Positions 14,201 through 26,400 of a DNA stretch of 64,000 bases are shown here, one piece after another. Source of the stretch: Perna viridis (taxonomy: Eukaryota); NCBI GenBank assembly GCA_037379345.1, contig CM074516.1, forward strand, positions 16,058,001-16,122,000, given 5' to 3'. The position numbers were made by a program, and so were the translations under genes. The notes below the pieces were generated by a model. The model saw only the letters and a list, made by a program, of their open reading frames with translations, had not been told where the DNA came from and searched no databases. How positions within the stretch are numbered: the stretch's first letter is position 1; every line of letters starts with the position of its first letter.

Positions 14201-17200
14201 TCATATAGTTTTCCTTTCCTCTTTTGTCTACCACGGACTTGACATTTGACTAGTACCTCTGGGAGGGTTTTTCTAGATATGTAGAGAACCCTTACCTAAC
14301 CGGTACACCTGGTCCGTGCTCATACTTTTTTATGCAGTCCGAGCTCACTTGCTTCTGTTTCTTTGTTCATGTTATTTTTGTTATTTCATACATTTTGCAC
14401 TCTTTGTTTTATGTGTCTGTTTTCCCTGTCCTTGAATCTTTTTTTTATTTTTGCTCGAATTTTATTCACTTGAAAACTCTTTCAATTTTAATATAACAAG
14501 ATGCAATAACATGGAAATTCTGGGTTTAAAGATAATACCATGGTAAAAAAATAATCATTACGTCATGTCTTTGAATATAGGTAGAACAAAGATATATAAA
14601 AGCAAATCTCAAAACTATTTTAAGACAAAACACTTGTATACTAACAAATTGAATACATAATTTAGCAAATCTGGTATAGGAGTAATACAATGGGGTCGAT
14701 ACAAAAAAATATTTAAAAAAAATATCAGTGGTTTGTTTTTCTCTCTACATTTAAATGAGATAAACGACTAATAAGAATAGCTAAGACGGTTATATCTCTT
14801 GTTGTACCGATATCGCATACGGTGAATTACTCTTTACCCAAGTCATATTAACGAGGCATCAATAAACGAGGCTTAGATATAAATGTATTTGTACAGTTGG
14901 TCCTGAAAGAAACAAGAAATACGAGCTGAATGCAAATGGTTCTGTATTAACAATAAAAGATATAAAGAAACCAGAGGACACATGTACTATCACGTGTAAA
15001 GCTGGCAATGTTATCCATGATTTGGATGGAGCAGATTTGTACAGTGAAAAGTATGCTGATGCAACTCTTAGAGTCATTGGTAGGATATTCTTATATTCTA
15101 TGTTAGAACACAGAATTCTTTGTAACTAGATGCATTATGACCAAGTTTCTTTCTAGAAAACATCTTTCTGTGTTATTGTTCTAGAAAGGACACTTGGTAA
15201 GTCGAGCATAAATATATATTTGATTTGATATTGAAGAGCTGTATTACTCTTCCTTATCCGTTTATTTTTATTTTTGTCGATATTTTAATGTGATGCATTC
15301 GTAGCCACGATTTGTAAGAAAATTTTCGAGCCAATCATTTTTTCTCGAAATCTATCACAGATGTATAGAAATATTGACACATACTGAGTTTGTGTATTAC
15401 TTGAAAAATAATTATATCAATAACACCAATCGAATAATTATTAAATTTGGAAATTCATCTTTAATCGGTCTGACATTTATTTTTATGTAGTGGATGATTT
15501 CATATAATCTGCACGGAATCCCATTTTCAAACGTGGCTTTATAGGTTTACCACTTTCAAAACTTTATTCTTAGCCAAAAATGTTGAACTAACTTAAACGG
15601 AACCACATTATATTTGTCTTCGAAAAGCGGGTGATGCTCTGTTATAAATGTGTGACCATTTGGTTTGATTAAAGTGCATTTGGCGTTTTTGTTGCCTGTG
15701 AGCACAAAGAAATACGGTCCCCGTTGTGCTGAACGTCAAAGTTTGAATATGAAATCATTTAAATAGGTATGTGTCGAAAACAATTATTTCACAGACTTAT
15801 TCAAAATAGCTGAATCGATATTGTCTTTTTATAATTTGTGTTTCTAATCCGTGAATAATTCTAATATTTGATTCCCTAATGAAATCAAAATTCTTGCATG
15901 TAAACCCTTTAATGTTGTCCATTTAAAGAACATATATTTTTCCTTGTAGATCCTATTTTAGTATCTTTACTTAGCAACACAACACAAAAACGGACAAGCA
16001 CAGAACCTTTCTCATTCGCCTTCATTGCCACAACTGATGAAAGTGTTTCACAGCTCTACTACAATTGGGAATATATTCGCCCAGACAACAAAACTGTTTA
16101 TGATGATGAAATTTTACAAAAATTGCCGTTTGTGAGCTTCAACTCAGACAGAACAAATATGACCATTATTCCGGATCTTGTGGACGAAGACATAAAAGAA
16201 AACCAAATTCATGCGGTTCTCGGTTTGTACAGAGTGGTCATTTATCACGAGTTTGATTCTGTCACCAAAAGTTTTAATGTGTTTACTACTGCTGTCGTCC
16301 CTGGTGAGTATATATCGTGTTGGGTCTATTTTTTTCCGAGTCTTTTAGATAAAAATCGTACATGTACGTATATTTGATTTAACTGAGTAGTCATAAGTCA
16401 TCAATTCTTTTAAACAGTGTCAGAATTTAAAATTAATTATCTCACTCTCAATTTCTAAAAATCAAAAGAATGTAATCCAGGGACAAAGACCAGACATGGA
16501 AAACAGACATACACAACAAAGAACACAAAGCAACTAAAACTACACACACAAAGTAACAAAAGTAAATGAGCAACTCAGACTCCACTAAAAACTGGGAGCA
16601 TGGACCAGTGCACCAGTAGGGTAAACGTCCTCTGTTTTTCTAGAAATACCCGCCGAGTTGCTCATAAAAAGTTAAGTCCGGGGTAGACAAACGAGGAAAG
16701 GAAAACTATGACCCGTTGAATACATCAGTTTTCATGGTGCTGATGGATACACCATAAACTAAGTTAATTGTGTCAATTGACTTATGTCTAGCAGTGGGCG
16801 GTATTCACGGGTCGTTTCTGTACTTTAATCAGCCATTAAGAATCCTTACGGAAAAATCCTACACAAAATCCGCCATATTGGTTTCTTCGGAACCTATTTG
16901 TTGAAAAACAATGTTCGTAACTTTTCGTAGTTCTCCGGTGAAAACTGTCAGTTTTTCCGCCAAATCAGATTCATAGGAGACAAACGGGTAATATGTCCGA
17001 GAAGTTCGAAGGTACCGAAGTGCATACTAGAATCATTGGTCTTTAGACAAACCACATAGAATAAACAAAATCTCTGTAGCAACCAATCAGCAATCAGAAA
17101 GAAAATGGCCGACTTTGACTATGTAAATATTGCCATTCAAATTTCCGAACTGGAAGGATTCGGAAGTTTGACGGCATAGGGAGATATTATTTCGTTATTT

Positions 17201-18054
17201 CAATTTTGTCATATAGAATCCACATTTAAAACACAGGTTGGTGAAAAACATGTTTTTTAGCCTTTTAAACTTAGTTTTTGATGGTTGTTGCCGAGCTGAC
17301 GTCGAGTACAATAATTTGACGGGGAATTTAATAGAATGGATAGCGGGAAGCAATGCATAAACATGATCCGTCAAAATCAGAGAATGTCCCCTACTTTTTG
17401 TTGATAAATTGTAAAGTTTTTTGTATAAAGCCATCCATGTTGGTGTATCTTATACATTACTTTACAAGAAAACTTTCTTTGTGTCAGATCGAATATGATG
17501 AAAATGATACAATGACTATAACCATCTTACTTTCAGATTATACAGTAGGAAGGTATTTCCTAGTAATTCTTGGAATTTTGGCTTTTATTGGAATAGTTGT
17601 GGTTGCTATCATTTTGTATCATGCAAGACAAAAAAAGAATAATAATAATAAATCAATGAACACAGATGAGAGTGCGTTACGAATTGAGAGATTATTTGAC
17701 TCCATTGAACCAGATGTCAGCGCAGTACCTTACCGAATCAACATGATTGAAGGTCATGAAAGTCCACCAATGTCTCATGAAAATGTCAATCCAGTACGGC
17801 CAACGATTGAACATGGAAATGACACAAACGTCGATAATTCACTAATAAACCTTTGTTCTACTAGAATTACCAAGAGTTCCTTTGTAGATCACGCCACGGA
17901 ACTGGATAAAAATGAAGGTTCCGAAGCCAGTGATGATGAACTAAATGTATATGAGTATGTCGCATTACCCAGAAACGGTTACGAAAGTCCATATAACGTT
18001 CCGGATCCAAAGAGGGCGACTGGACATGTTTATGAAGAAATACGCTCACCTTGA
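3964..18054 (+). CDS. Ig-superfamily type I membrane protein (neuroglian/hemolin-like Ig1-4, degenerate Ig5, TM, Tyr-motif tail), 731 aa; join(3964-4018,4748-4868,6030-6208,7554-7745,8675-8809,9796-9895,13088-13287,13545-13703,14897-15079,15950-16303,17537-18054)
   Basis: Hand-spliced. All introns are GT-AG and phases chain (1,2,1,1,1,2,1,1,1,1) to 2196 nt. Signal peptide MEKRNVHHHIILLLWLQLVQA; Ig motifs WQCRASGDPPPKYEW, DFGDYRCIARN, LQCVFASYPLPDVSW, EDEGEYTC, FSC..PEWFKNG; TM YFLVILGILAFIGIVVVAIILY. Confidence 0.88.
4748..4868 (+). CDS. Ig gene exon 2 (Ig1 N-half)
   Basis: ttttacag| VQAYDQPPQITTTFQDTYYLPEDNDVPATWQCRASGDPPP |gtttgt. Confidence 0.85.
6030..6208 (+). CDS. Ig gene exon 3 (Ig1 C-half)
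   Basis: catttag| YEWNLNG...GKLIIKRAQISDFGDYRCIARNRVGIAISS |gtaagc. Confidence 0.9.
6720..6978. repeat. Dispersed repeat, empty-site copy (paralog at ~10300-10921)
   Basis: Shared blocks atctgtctgctcttag.agataat, tattaatttctgtttac, gaaaatatgta.gctt.ccaac.atgaatcacatt and gctggagtactac. Confidence 0.7.
7554..7745 (+). CDS. Ig gene exon 4 (Ig2 N-half)
   Basis: ttttag| FIGLFSD...SMKCEGKPKCIPQNQCKIEWKRG...KRVALDKY |gtaatg. Confidence 0.85.
8190..8250. repeat. (TA)n microsatellite
   Basis: About 30 perfect TA units. Confidence 0.95.
8675..8809 (+). CDS. Ig gene exon 5 (Ig2 C-half)
   Basis: caatag| GTLHLLFATMEDSSTAVKPYSCVIGNENLKTFYKG |gtagta. Confidence 0.85.
9161..9373. mobile_element. Tc1/mariner-type MITE
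   Basis: Inverted ends tactgtgaaagta...tactttcacagta, including TA at both ends. A related partial copy ends at ~52677 (ccacgaa repeats, cacagta). Confidence 0.75.
9796..9895 (+). CDS. Ig gene exon 6 (Ig3 N-half)
   Basis: ttcaag| QTPNRKKPNLVFKHDAFGLLGGDAELQCVFAS |gtaagt. Confidence 0.85.
10467..10828. mobile_element. MITE with TIRs, flanked by TA, inserted into an older repeat
   Basis: tgaaccgatccgtgcaacaa and ttgttgcgcggatcggttca are inverted (19/20). Internal ggtcatc/gatccgtca repeats. The host paralog at 6720-6978 lacks it. Confidence 0.78.
11640..12850 (+). mobile_element. Decayed Penelope-like retroelement RT and 3' terminal repeat (intron 6 of the Ig gene)
   Basis: CYSRSGCNSMWILK; IDSIFVQCGGRVSHQTIGILMESNCAPLFSDLFLYSYEAEF; FRYIEDVL (YIDD decayed); SASYLD; LIRYARAC; GRHHELVDRYGVS. 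Contains frameshifts and stops. Confidence 0.85.
13088..13287 (+). CDS. Ig gene exon 7 (Ig3 C-half)
   Basis: ttttag| PLPDVSWTEPNG...TLKVNNLSIEDEGEYTCIGTNENG...LNVT |gtgagt; overlaps ORF 13077-13313. Confidence 0.92.
13545..13703 (+). CDS. Ig gene exon 8 (Ig4 N-half)
   Basis: tttcag| KPFFRRG...NARFSCKMYSVKGENPPSSPEWFKNG |gtaagc. Confidence 0.88.
13960..14490 (+). mobile_element. Penelope-like 3' fragment
   Basis: Homologous to 12440-12850 (caactcatacattatg, gctacaagattgaagtcatca, cttacctaaccggtacacctggtcc). Confidence 0.75.
14897..15079 (+). CDS. Ig gene exon 9 (Ig4 C-half)
   Basis: gtacag| ...NGSVLTIKDIKKPEDTCTITCKAGN...ATLRVI |gtagga. Confidence 0.88.
15950..16303 (+). CDS. Ig gene exon 10 (Cys-less Ig-like domain)
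   Basis: ttgtag| DPILVS...FSFAFIATTD...YYNWEY...LGLYRVVIYH...TTAVVP |gtgagt; 354 nt open frame. Confidence 0.85.
16455..16757 (-). mobile_element. Penelope-like 3' terminal repeat copy
   Basis: Reverse complement of the ggacgcttaccctaccggtgcacctggtccatgctcccagtttttagtggagtc unit, also seen at 12710, 31268-31520, 53100-53337 and 55275-55620. Confidence 0.75.
17537..18054 (+). CDS. Ig gene exon 11 (TM and cytoplasmic tail)
   Basis: tttcag| DYTVGRYFLVILGILAFIGIVVVAIILYHARQKK...HVYEEIRSP*; lies within ORF 17353-18054. Confidence 0.9.
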
Positions 18055-21000
18055 CTTACTGTTTTGTGCCTATGTGTGCGCGTTGTAATAATTTTAAAAA
18101 CATCATTGACAAGTTATAAAGTAATTTTAAATAGTACTTCGAGTATCAAAATTGCAAATAATGTGGGTTACCTCTCCTTTTTTGAAATATGAATGTGTTT
18201 AAAAGACTCTCTGTGTATGTGCATTTAACAAAAAATACCTGTTTGCTTTGATATATGTTTAATGAGTTTTCCCTCCCTTTATGTAATTATTTTTGTTCAT
18301 TTCAGTGAGGTTTTCTGTAAGAATGAGTGATACTAACTCAGGATTTTAAGGGGGAGGGTTGTGGTCACGCCAAAGTACTCTAACCCCGCCGAATGTCTGT
18401 GTATATGTCTTAAGTCAGGAATTTCTTACCTTTGTATGTCTTGTTTCGTTTTTCCCTTTAGAATATATATATGTTTTTGTTTGTTTGTATGTTTGGTTTT
18501 TTTTCGGGGAGGGGGGGGGGGGTATACGTTTACGACTATACGTTAGTTGTTCCCACTTTGAAGCCGCCGGACAATAAGAATGGTTACATTAAAAACTAGA
18601 TATGGTCTGATCAAGTAAATTAATCTAAATTGTAAAGAGTAAATCAGTTTGTATCAAGCAACGTCAAGCCAAACATTGTATTAAATATATACAGGGATCA
18701 TTTAGAGTATATATGTGTGTATACTGGGCACGTGTTGCTATTTCTTACAGATCTAACAACATTCTAAGTATTACCTTTAATTTAAAATTGTTCTATCTTT
18801 GGCTTAATTAACGAGATATTCTCAATACAAAATAAGTGTACATATACCCTAGCTATAGGTCTGCAACCGGTTAAATATTGTTATATTTAAACCACATGTG
18901 TGACCAAATGACAAAGCAAAAGTATGATTAGAAAATAAAGTTTGTTCAGGGCTCGGTCGTAAATCAACGTAAAGAACAGATCTCAGATGAACGGTAATGA
19001 ATTTAAACCAAATTTAATGAAAAAGATTTTAGATTTCTTGTAAATAAGCAACTAAATCTTTGCGCACTACAAAAACCTTTGGTAAAATAATAAATAAAAA
19101 AATATCTTTAGAATGTAAATATTTTCACAATTTAGAAAAGAATGTTTCCTGGTAAATAGTAATGGTCTTTGATTTAAACCTAACATGTGCAATTCAAAGC
19201 AAACATACAGATTAGGCAAAACAAAAATCGTCATTGTTTTATTTGTATTTCAGTAAAACCTAAAGCCCTTGACCTGATAAACCCTGGCACTGCTTATCTA
19301 AAACTATTGACATATTTCCAACTTAAAATACATAATGAAACGACTTAACGAATAATTGAATTAAATCTTCCTCGTGGATATGTATCCGGAAGGTCTTTTG
19401 ATCTTTGATGATCGTAAACTTTATTCACGGTTATTTTAAAATTTAGTGACCTAAAAGAATAAACTAAAACACACTGAAATACAGAGGTGAATCTTGTGCA
19501 TAACGTTGTGTTTGAAGGTGTTATAGACCACATAGTAAACTAAAAAATGAAGGATCAAAATTATTGAACTGATAGAATCTATGCAATAATCAAAACGAAC
19601 AGTCAAAACGAAAGTCCGAAAAACAAATGGTAATATCAAAGTAAAAACACAGACCCGGGTTCTTTTAGCTCAGATATATTAAAACAAATAGTTATTAAGA
19701 TGAATACTGCCATTGTTCCTTGAGCAACCTCAGTGTAGTCATAGTATTTTTTGTGTTATAAGCCCACTGAATTTTGTGTGTGATATATGCCCACTGAATG
19801 TATATAAAGCATCTGGAAAATCTAAACATTGTAACCGGAACCAATGCTAAATATATCTAAAACCTGTTTGTTCGGATTAGAATTATACTGCCGTGTTGAG
19901 ATTTGATTGAATTTATGTAATACACATTATTGTCACACCTACTGTTTTATTCCCGATTCGCAAATGTGTTTATCTGATTTAATGTCTGCTACTATGACTA
20001 CTTCAGACTTTTCAAAGATCGAAACTGATGTAACTTGTATTCTGGAATTCTTCAAAATGTAGTTAGTAACAGAAACTTGGAACAAAAACCTCTACCAAAA
20101 ACAGTAACCGTGAAAGGTTAACTTCCGCTTCAGTGCATTTGGAATGTTTGGGATTGAGAATTTGGGAGAAAGATCGGATTCTGCTTCGGGATAAGGATTT
20201 TAAGAAGAAATATATTTTGAAGTAATAATTATCTAATTGTTGATATTTCAAATTTCACTTTGTAATGTAGTGAATAATTTATAGAAAAATGATACTGTGA
20301 GGAATGACTATTCAATTTTTTGACGAGAGAAAATTCTCTATGAGGGAGTGTACATGTTGCAAACTGGAATTTAATGCTATATATAATATTAGATACATTT
20401 GTAATAATGGAATTTATAATGAATGAAATAGACAAAACAAACATGACAAAAATGCTTAAGTAAATATTTATATTTGACCATGACTTGAATTCTGAAAAAT
20501 TATATTTTTGTAATTAAGGGAAACGTTTAAAATGTCAAACGTTTGTTGTAATATAGGACGTTTATATGTTATTATTTTTTTTATGATGTAGTTTGTTTAT
20601 AATAATGAAAATAAAAGTATGGTAATAAAATTATAAAATCACGTTCAGACAATTCATTTTGAATTTATTTTCAAGAGTTTCAAAACTTGCAGACTTTGTG
20701 TAGGCGTGCGATAAATTACAATAACTAAAATGTTGAAAAAGCACACTTGTTCACAATAAAATTACGTTTGGGTATCCCAAATTCCACTAAATTCTAAAAA
20801 TAAATTCAAGTGAAATTACTCTCTCATCTAACATAACATTGGTTAAAAAAGATCACTGTATCTTTTAAGGTGAGAGGTATGTTAACAGTGCCTTTAACGG
20901 CGTATGGGAAAATAACATTAGTATTTAAGGGAACTGTCTCCGTTACTTCAGAATTTTTTTCGTAGATGCCAACGACGAAAAAGATGTGTGTATTGGATAA

Positions 21001-21260
21001 TTTCGTTCAATATTACGCCATTTTTTCTGAGTGTCCCAAAATTTTTTAATGGTCTCTTAATAACTGTCACATCAAACAAATTTGCATATAAAGTTTTGGT
21101 ACATCTAAACAAAGAAAACAAGAACTTGTTAAACCAACTTATATTCGCCTTTAAATTGATAAGGCAATTTCAAATTGACTGTACAAATGTCGATATTTGT
21201 TGGTTATGGATTTCATGGAACACAATTGTCTTTCCCATGAGAAAAAAAATATCATATTTT

Positions 21261-21455
21261 ATTCACGAAAGCTCGGATAGTATGAATTTCGTGAAAATTT
21301 GTCATGTAGGACTCTGAAAGCGAAGAATGTATCTATTGAATATGAAAAGCAGTATACATGCATCGGAGGTAACGAAAGTGGAATTTTATAGGCGAAAGTA
21401 TATCTGAATGTCATATATGCATTTGTCGACTTCTTTTGTGAAACAGAAATACAAA
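21261..21455 (+). pseudogene. Orphan decayed duplicate of Ig-gene exon 7 plus downstream intron
   Basis: Aligns to 13131-13325 (gtatgaatttcgtgaaaatt, tatctattgaa, agtatacatgcatcgga, gcgaaagt.tatctgaatgtca). Has a 1-nt deletion, an in-frame TAG and a lost GT donor. Confidence 0.85.
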
Positions 21456-22185
21456 ATACAAAACATTTGCCATCAAATAATTAATGACAAAAAGGAAACA
21501 TGGAAAATTGCTCCTTATGTCTCAAAAAATGCTAAAGTGAAAGAGTAATCAAGGGAACCAAGGTTCTAGCGGAAATCAAAAGAATGTAATACAGGGACAA
21601 AGAAATTTTACAGGGGTAGAGGACATAACTTTTTCTTTGTTTAAACTGGTATGAAGTTATCATGTTAGTTAACTGCTAGTTGGGCTTACTTCGTATATTT
21701 GTATACAGTATATTCAGTTTCTTTATCTCCGTTTTAACAAGGGTCTAGACATTTTTGAACTGATTTTTAGGTGTGTTCACCATGTAATATTCTTCTATAG
21801 TTTTAAGGGTGAATGTTGTGAGCAGGCCTAAGCACTTTAAACCACATTTTTTGCGCCAGTCTCAAGTTAGAAATTTTTGGCCTCTCTATGTTTTGTCACA
21901 TTTTCATTTTTAGTTTTTTATTATATGTTACTTGAGAATAGTGGAGCAACCCTTTTGTTGTAGGTTGTGGGTAATTATGATTTTGGGCCAGATGCAGTCC
22001 GTTATGAGATTTTGAAGTACTGACCAAATCAACCCTCGCTTTAATGCCGGTTGAGATTGTATTAAATAATGAAATACACATTAATTTCTTTGTGACGCAT
22101 ATTGTGTTGGATCAAATTTGCAGATATATTTATCTGATTATACTTCCGCTAGTGTGACAACTCCAGGCTTTTTAAACAAAATCTG

Positions 22186-22368
22186 NNNNNNNNNNNNNNN
22201 NNNNNNNNNNNNNNNNNNNNNNNNNNNNNNNNNNNNNNNNNNNNNNNNNNNNNNNNNNNNNNNNNNNNNNNNNNNNNNNNNNNNNNNNNNNNNNNNNNNN
22301 NNNNNNNNNNNNNNNNNNNNNNNNNNNNNNNNNNNNNNNNNNNNNNNNNNNNNNNNNNNNNNNNNNNN
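22186..22368. other. Assembly gap (183 N)
   Basis: Run of N. Confidence 0.99.
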
Positions 22369-22867
22369 TTTACCCTACAAAAGTTTGAAACAAAAACTTT
22401 TTTGATAAACCTCTGTTAGTTAGATCTCTAACCAAGGTCTTACAAACCACTTTCTGTTTGATTGGCCACCCATATGTGGTACCGAAACCTCACTGATTCA
22501 CTATCTATGCTCTGTAAGTATTGTTTGAAGTACGGTATTTGAAAAAAATGCCAATTATAGATGAAATTGAGGAAAATATTTTAATTCCCAAACAAAATCG
22601 TGCCTGAAATGTGAAGATATTTTAGATACATTACTAGTTAAAACAAAATAACCAAATATTGTACACCCTTTATTTGCCAAACATTAACATTTAAAGTCAT
22701 GTTGAGGCATTTTTCATGGCTAGAGGTGGCATTTCTCCACCTAACATGACATAAAAAAGTTCAAATATTCATAATTTCGGCCCGTTTTGAAGCTTAGACA
22801 TTATTTAAATGGTCTGTATCACATAAAAGCTTGTTTAACCTATGGTATTCTGAAAAAAGACAATGAC

Positions 22868-23460
22868 GGGTGATATAGAAGAAAATTCTGAAACTCTGAA
22901 AAATTCCCGTTTTTCCGATCTTATAGTAATTAACACCCTAAAAGGAAAAAATAAGCGCCTGAATTGATCAGGTATGTTTTGAACATCTTTGCCTTAATTA
23001 TGAATAGTAAAAATATGAGTTCTACACTGTCGGTATGCTGTGCATGAGAGTACAATTCTTTCTGATACTGTGACCAGTTTTCTAGGGGTATGTGTAATAT
23101 TTTTACCATTTTTTGAAAATTCGTTCTTGAAAAATTAGTTTTTCGTGGATTATTTATGAAGAAAATAAAATTATACGTATCCAGTGATATCAAATTTGAG
23201 ACGTTTCAGTTTATCAATAACTTGTAGAGTAGAGTTTATCTGACTTTTTACGGAAAAATCGAAAATCCCATTTTTTGCATTTTTAGATGAATTCTGACTA
23301 CGAAAATCACCAAATTTATCAAAAGAATCCCAGAAGTATGAATTGTGATCATACTAAACAGAAAAAACCAAATAAACCGTTTTAACTGAAGTGTAAATAC
23401 TCTAGGGGTTTTGACATTGGAAAATATGTCAATTAAAGTGATTTTTCGGCGGAGTTGGGG
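22868..23460 (+). repeat. Dispersed repeat, probably a non-autonomous DNA element; paralog at ~55905-56400
   Basis: Colinear similarity: gggtg.ta.agaagaaaat, taagc.cctga, tgatactgtgac, tctaggggta, aaaagaatccc/aaaagacctt, aaacagaaaa. Confidence 0.6.
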
Positions 23461-26400
23461 TACGTTTTATTCATTTCACCCAAAAATAATAAGTTTTAGT
23501 GCAACTGTATTGGTACTATTGTATAGCTGAGACATTAGGCTACATAATGATTAATAAATATCTAAGGTTACTTCGTTTTAAAGAAAGAAGAAGTTCGTAG
23601 AATCAAAATACTCAAAAAAATAAATTTTGCCACAACGAGGTCTAAAAAGTAGCCGAAAAAATACAAACATACTTCAATGAGTTTTTGGGGACAAAAACTA
23701 TTCTTAAATGAGAGGTATAAGGGTGCACATCGGGTATAGCAGCCCACGTACTAATTGGAACACACCAGCTTTAACAAAATAGTCATTTCTGCAATTGTTG
23801 CTTTTTTATCTGCAAAGAAAATGATGGTGTTCATGTATATCGTACGGGTGGATGAAAAGGTCAAGTTCTATCTCCTTTTCAATAAAAAGTAAAAAAAAAA
23901 TCTTCATCGATAAAAAAAAAAGTGAAGGCTTTTATCTAGTTTTCACAAGGTAGATTTGAATAATACATACAATAATGAATTCATCAACACAGTTTGTAAA
24001 CATTAATTCGACCAAGTAGAAGCGACCATTAAGCAGAACGTGATATGTATTTTCCTATACCATATTTGCAAACATCCAGTTGACTCTTCCAAACCCCAAG
24101 GAATAATATGGGTGCCCCAGCGAAGTTGCGGTTAAATTAAATGGTTATTTTTTGATAAAAATTATTTTAGGTTTTAGGGAGTCGTGATGGACAAAGGTTA
24201 TGAATATAGGCAGACGCCATTACGACTGCCTCAAACCTGACGCCGAAAATCGATACAGCAGATTGAGGCCAAAAATCACTATTTGACATAATAGATGCTT
24301 CATATAAAAGCATATAAAAATATATATAGGTCAGGACAATACATGTCATTTATCCGAGTCAAAATGCACAGCCCTTTAAAATGTGCCTTGCTCTACATCA
24401 AATAGTATCGGAAGAATTTTTTTGGTCATATATCTAATTCTTAATTGTCAAAAATTTGAAGTTGTGGCGCTTTGGCCACTTAGTTGTAATGATAACATAC
24501 AAAACAAAGATTAACATTTTCACACAAACTATAAAATCTTCATGCATCTAAGTGCATTTATGAATTACTTTGAATTAATTAAGAGAGTGCAAATTATGAA
24601 TTAAAACAGAGTAATTCCATGCGTTAGACAATCATTCTAAATTTGTTCAATGAATATTGTAATAAAATCAAAGTTCCTCTGGATAAGCTTTTGTTGGTAT
24701 GGCTAAAGTATGCAAATAATTCCTTATTTATCACTACGTTCCTTGTCTGTACTATGTACGGCATACACAATGTTAAATGATGAACTAATGAAATGATGAA
24801 GTTTTAGTCAAATCCCCCCGGCCCAAAAACAAAAAAAAAATAAAAAAACAAAAAAACAAAAAAAAAAAAAAAAACAAAACAAAACAAAAAAAAATAAAAA
24901 CAGAAGAACAACTGAAATGTGATTACAAAAATAATGATTACTATAATACATTGGAAACGAAAGTACTTTAGCCATCCATCTGTTCTTATATTTAATCCTG
25001 CGTAGCAATTTTACACATACAGACAACGGGTCAACATTCATGAAGAAACAGTTCTTGTTTACGAGAAGGTAAAGTAAAACATATAGACACAAAACTAATA
25101 ATCATATGTGAAAGTCTTTTTCTTTATTGCGTATATATTAAAACTACAATAAAAGGTTTAAAGTGGAATAAAAAAAAGTGTCCATCCATTTTAAAACTGA
25201 CATTGTCGAAATATATTAGTAGTACCTTCAGCGCAAGTGATCATGTCATAAAAAAAACAATAACAACACCAACATATATTTTGATTTTTTTTTTTAAGTT
25301 ATCAATTGTTTTTATTTTATTTAGAAGGCTATGATTGGCTGTGATTGGCAACTAGTAATGCAAATACGCTCTGACGTTTAATACTTGATGAAAAAGATTC
25401 AGAATAATGTGTATGCCTCTATGAATCTTGATGGTACTGGGCAATAAGAAGGCTGGTTGTAAACATATAAGGTACTCTTAGGTAGGCGACTATGAGTACA
25501 AACCCTGTCAATCAAGAGGTCTTCCCAGAAATGTTGTCTCAACGGGTAATTTTTTTTTTTGTTGATATGTAAAGAATATTACTCGATCACTTAATAGCCA
25601 ATCAAGCAAATAAAGCATTCAAAATAATTTGGATCTACATGAACATAAGCAAATGACCAAACAACAAGTTTAATGACACTTTTACCGATATAAAGTATTA
25701 TGTTAAATCAGAAAACTTATTTCGGGATCTATTAGAGTGGTGCTAGTGCATTGCATGAGCATTACACAAAAGTAATAGAAGATGAAATTGTATTTTACCA
25801 AGAACTGCAACAGTATCTACCTATAGATATTACCCATATTACCCATATGAAAGAGATACAAATTGTATAATAACCCCAAATACATACATATTCAGTTTGG
25901 ACTATTTGTCCCTGTTTTTGTTTTACTTTAAAAATATCATTATGATATAATGTAAAATTACATTTATTCCAAGCTTCTTTTTATTTTGCATCAGTAATAC
26001 ACTAACACCATACGTTTCAAAGGTACACAATCATTAGTAACTGTCTACCAAAAGGACAAAGAAAATGAATAAGGAAATCCTTCTAAGGTTATGTTTTACA
26101 TGAAATATATAAAGGTAATAAAACAAAATACAAACGTTATTTCAAGTTTCAGGAGATAATCAAACAATTGTTAATGTCTTGCCAATGTACATGTATATTT
26201 TGACGTATACTCTCATAATTTGTATGCAAACTTTTAACGTGAAAATGTGTCTTAGAAACATATTTGTTCTGCTTTGCATAATTTGATTTGATTTTCATGA
26301 TTTGATAATGTACAAGTACATTGTATATAGGGTTTCATGGATATCAGTCACTTAAGTCACTTTAGCACAAAAATTTACAAAGCTAAAACACAGTTTGACA

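Noticed and set aside
17353-17536. N-terminal part of the 233-aa ORF as a standalone gene
   Set aside because: Intronic read-through; the phase-compatible acceptor is at 17536.
17945-18045. Canonical ITIM/ITAM in the receptor tail
   Set aside because: The -2 residues and spacing do not fit; reported only as SH2-type motifs.
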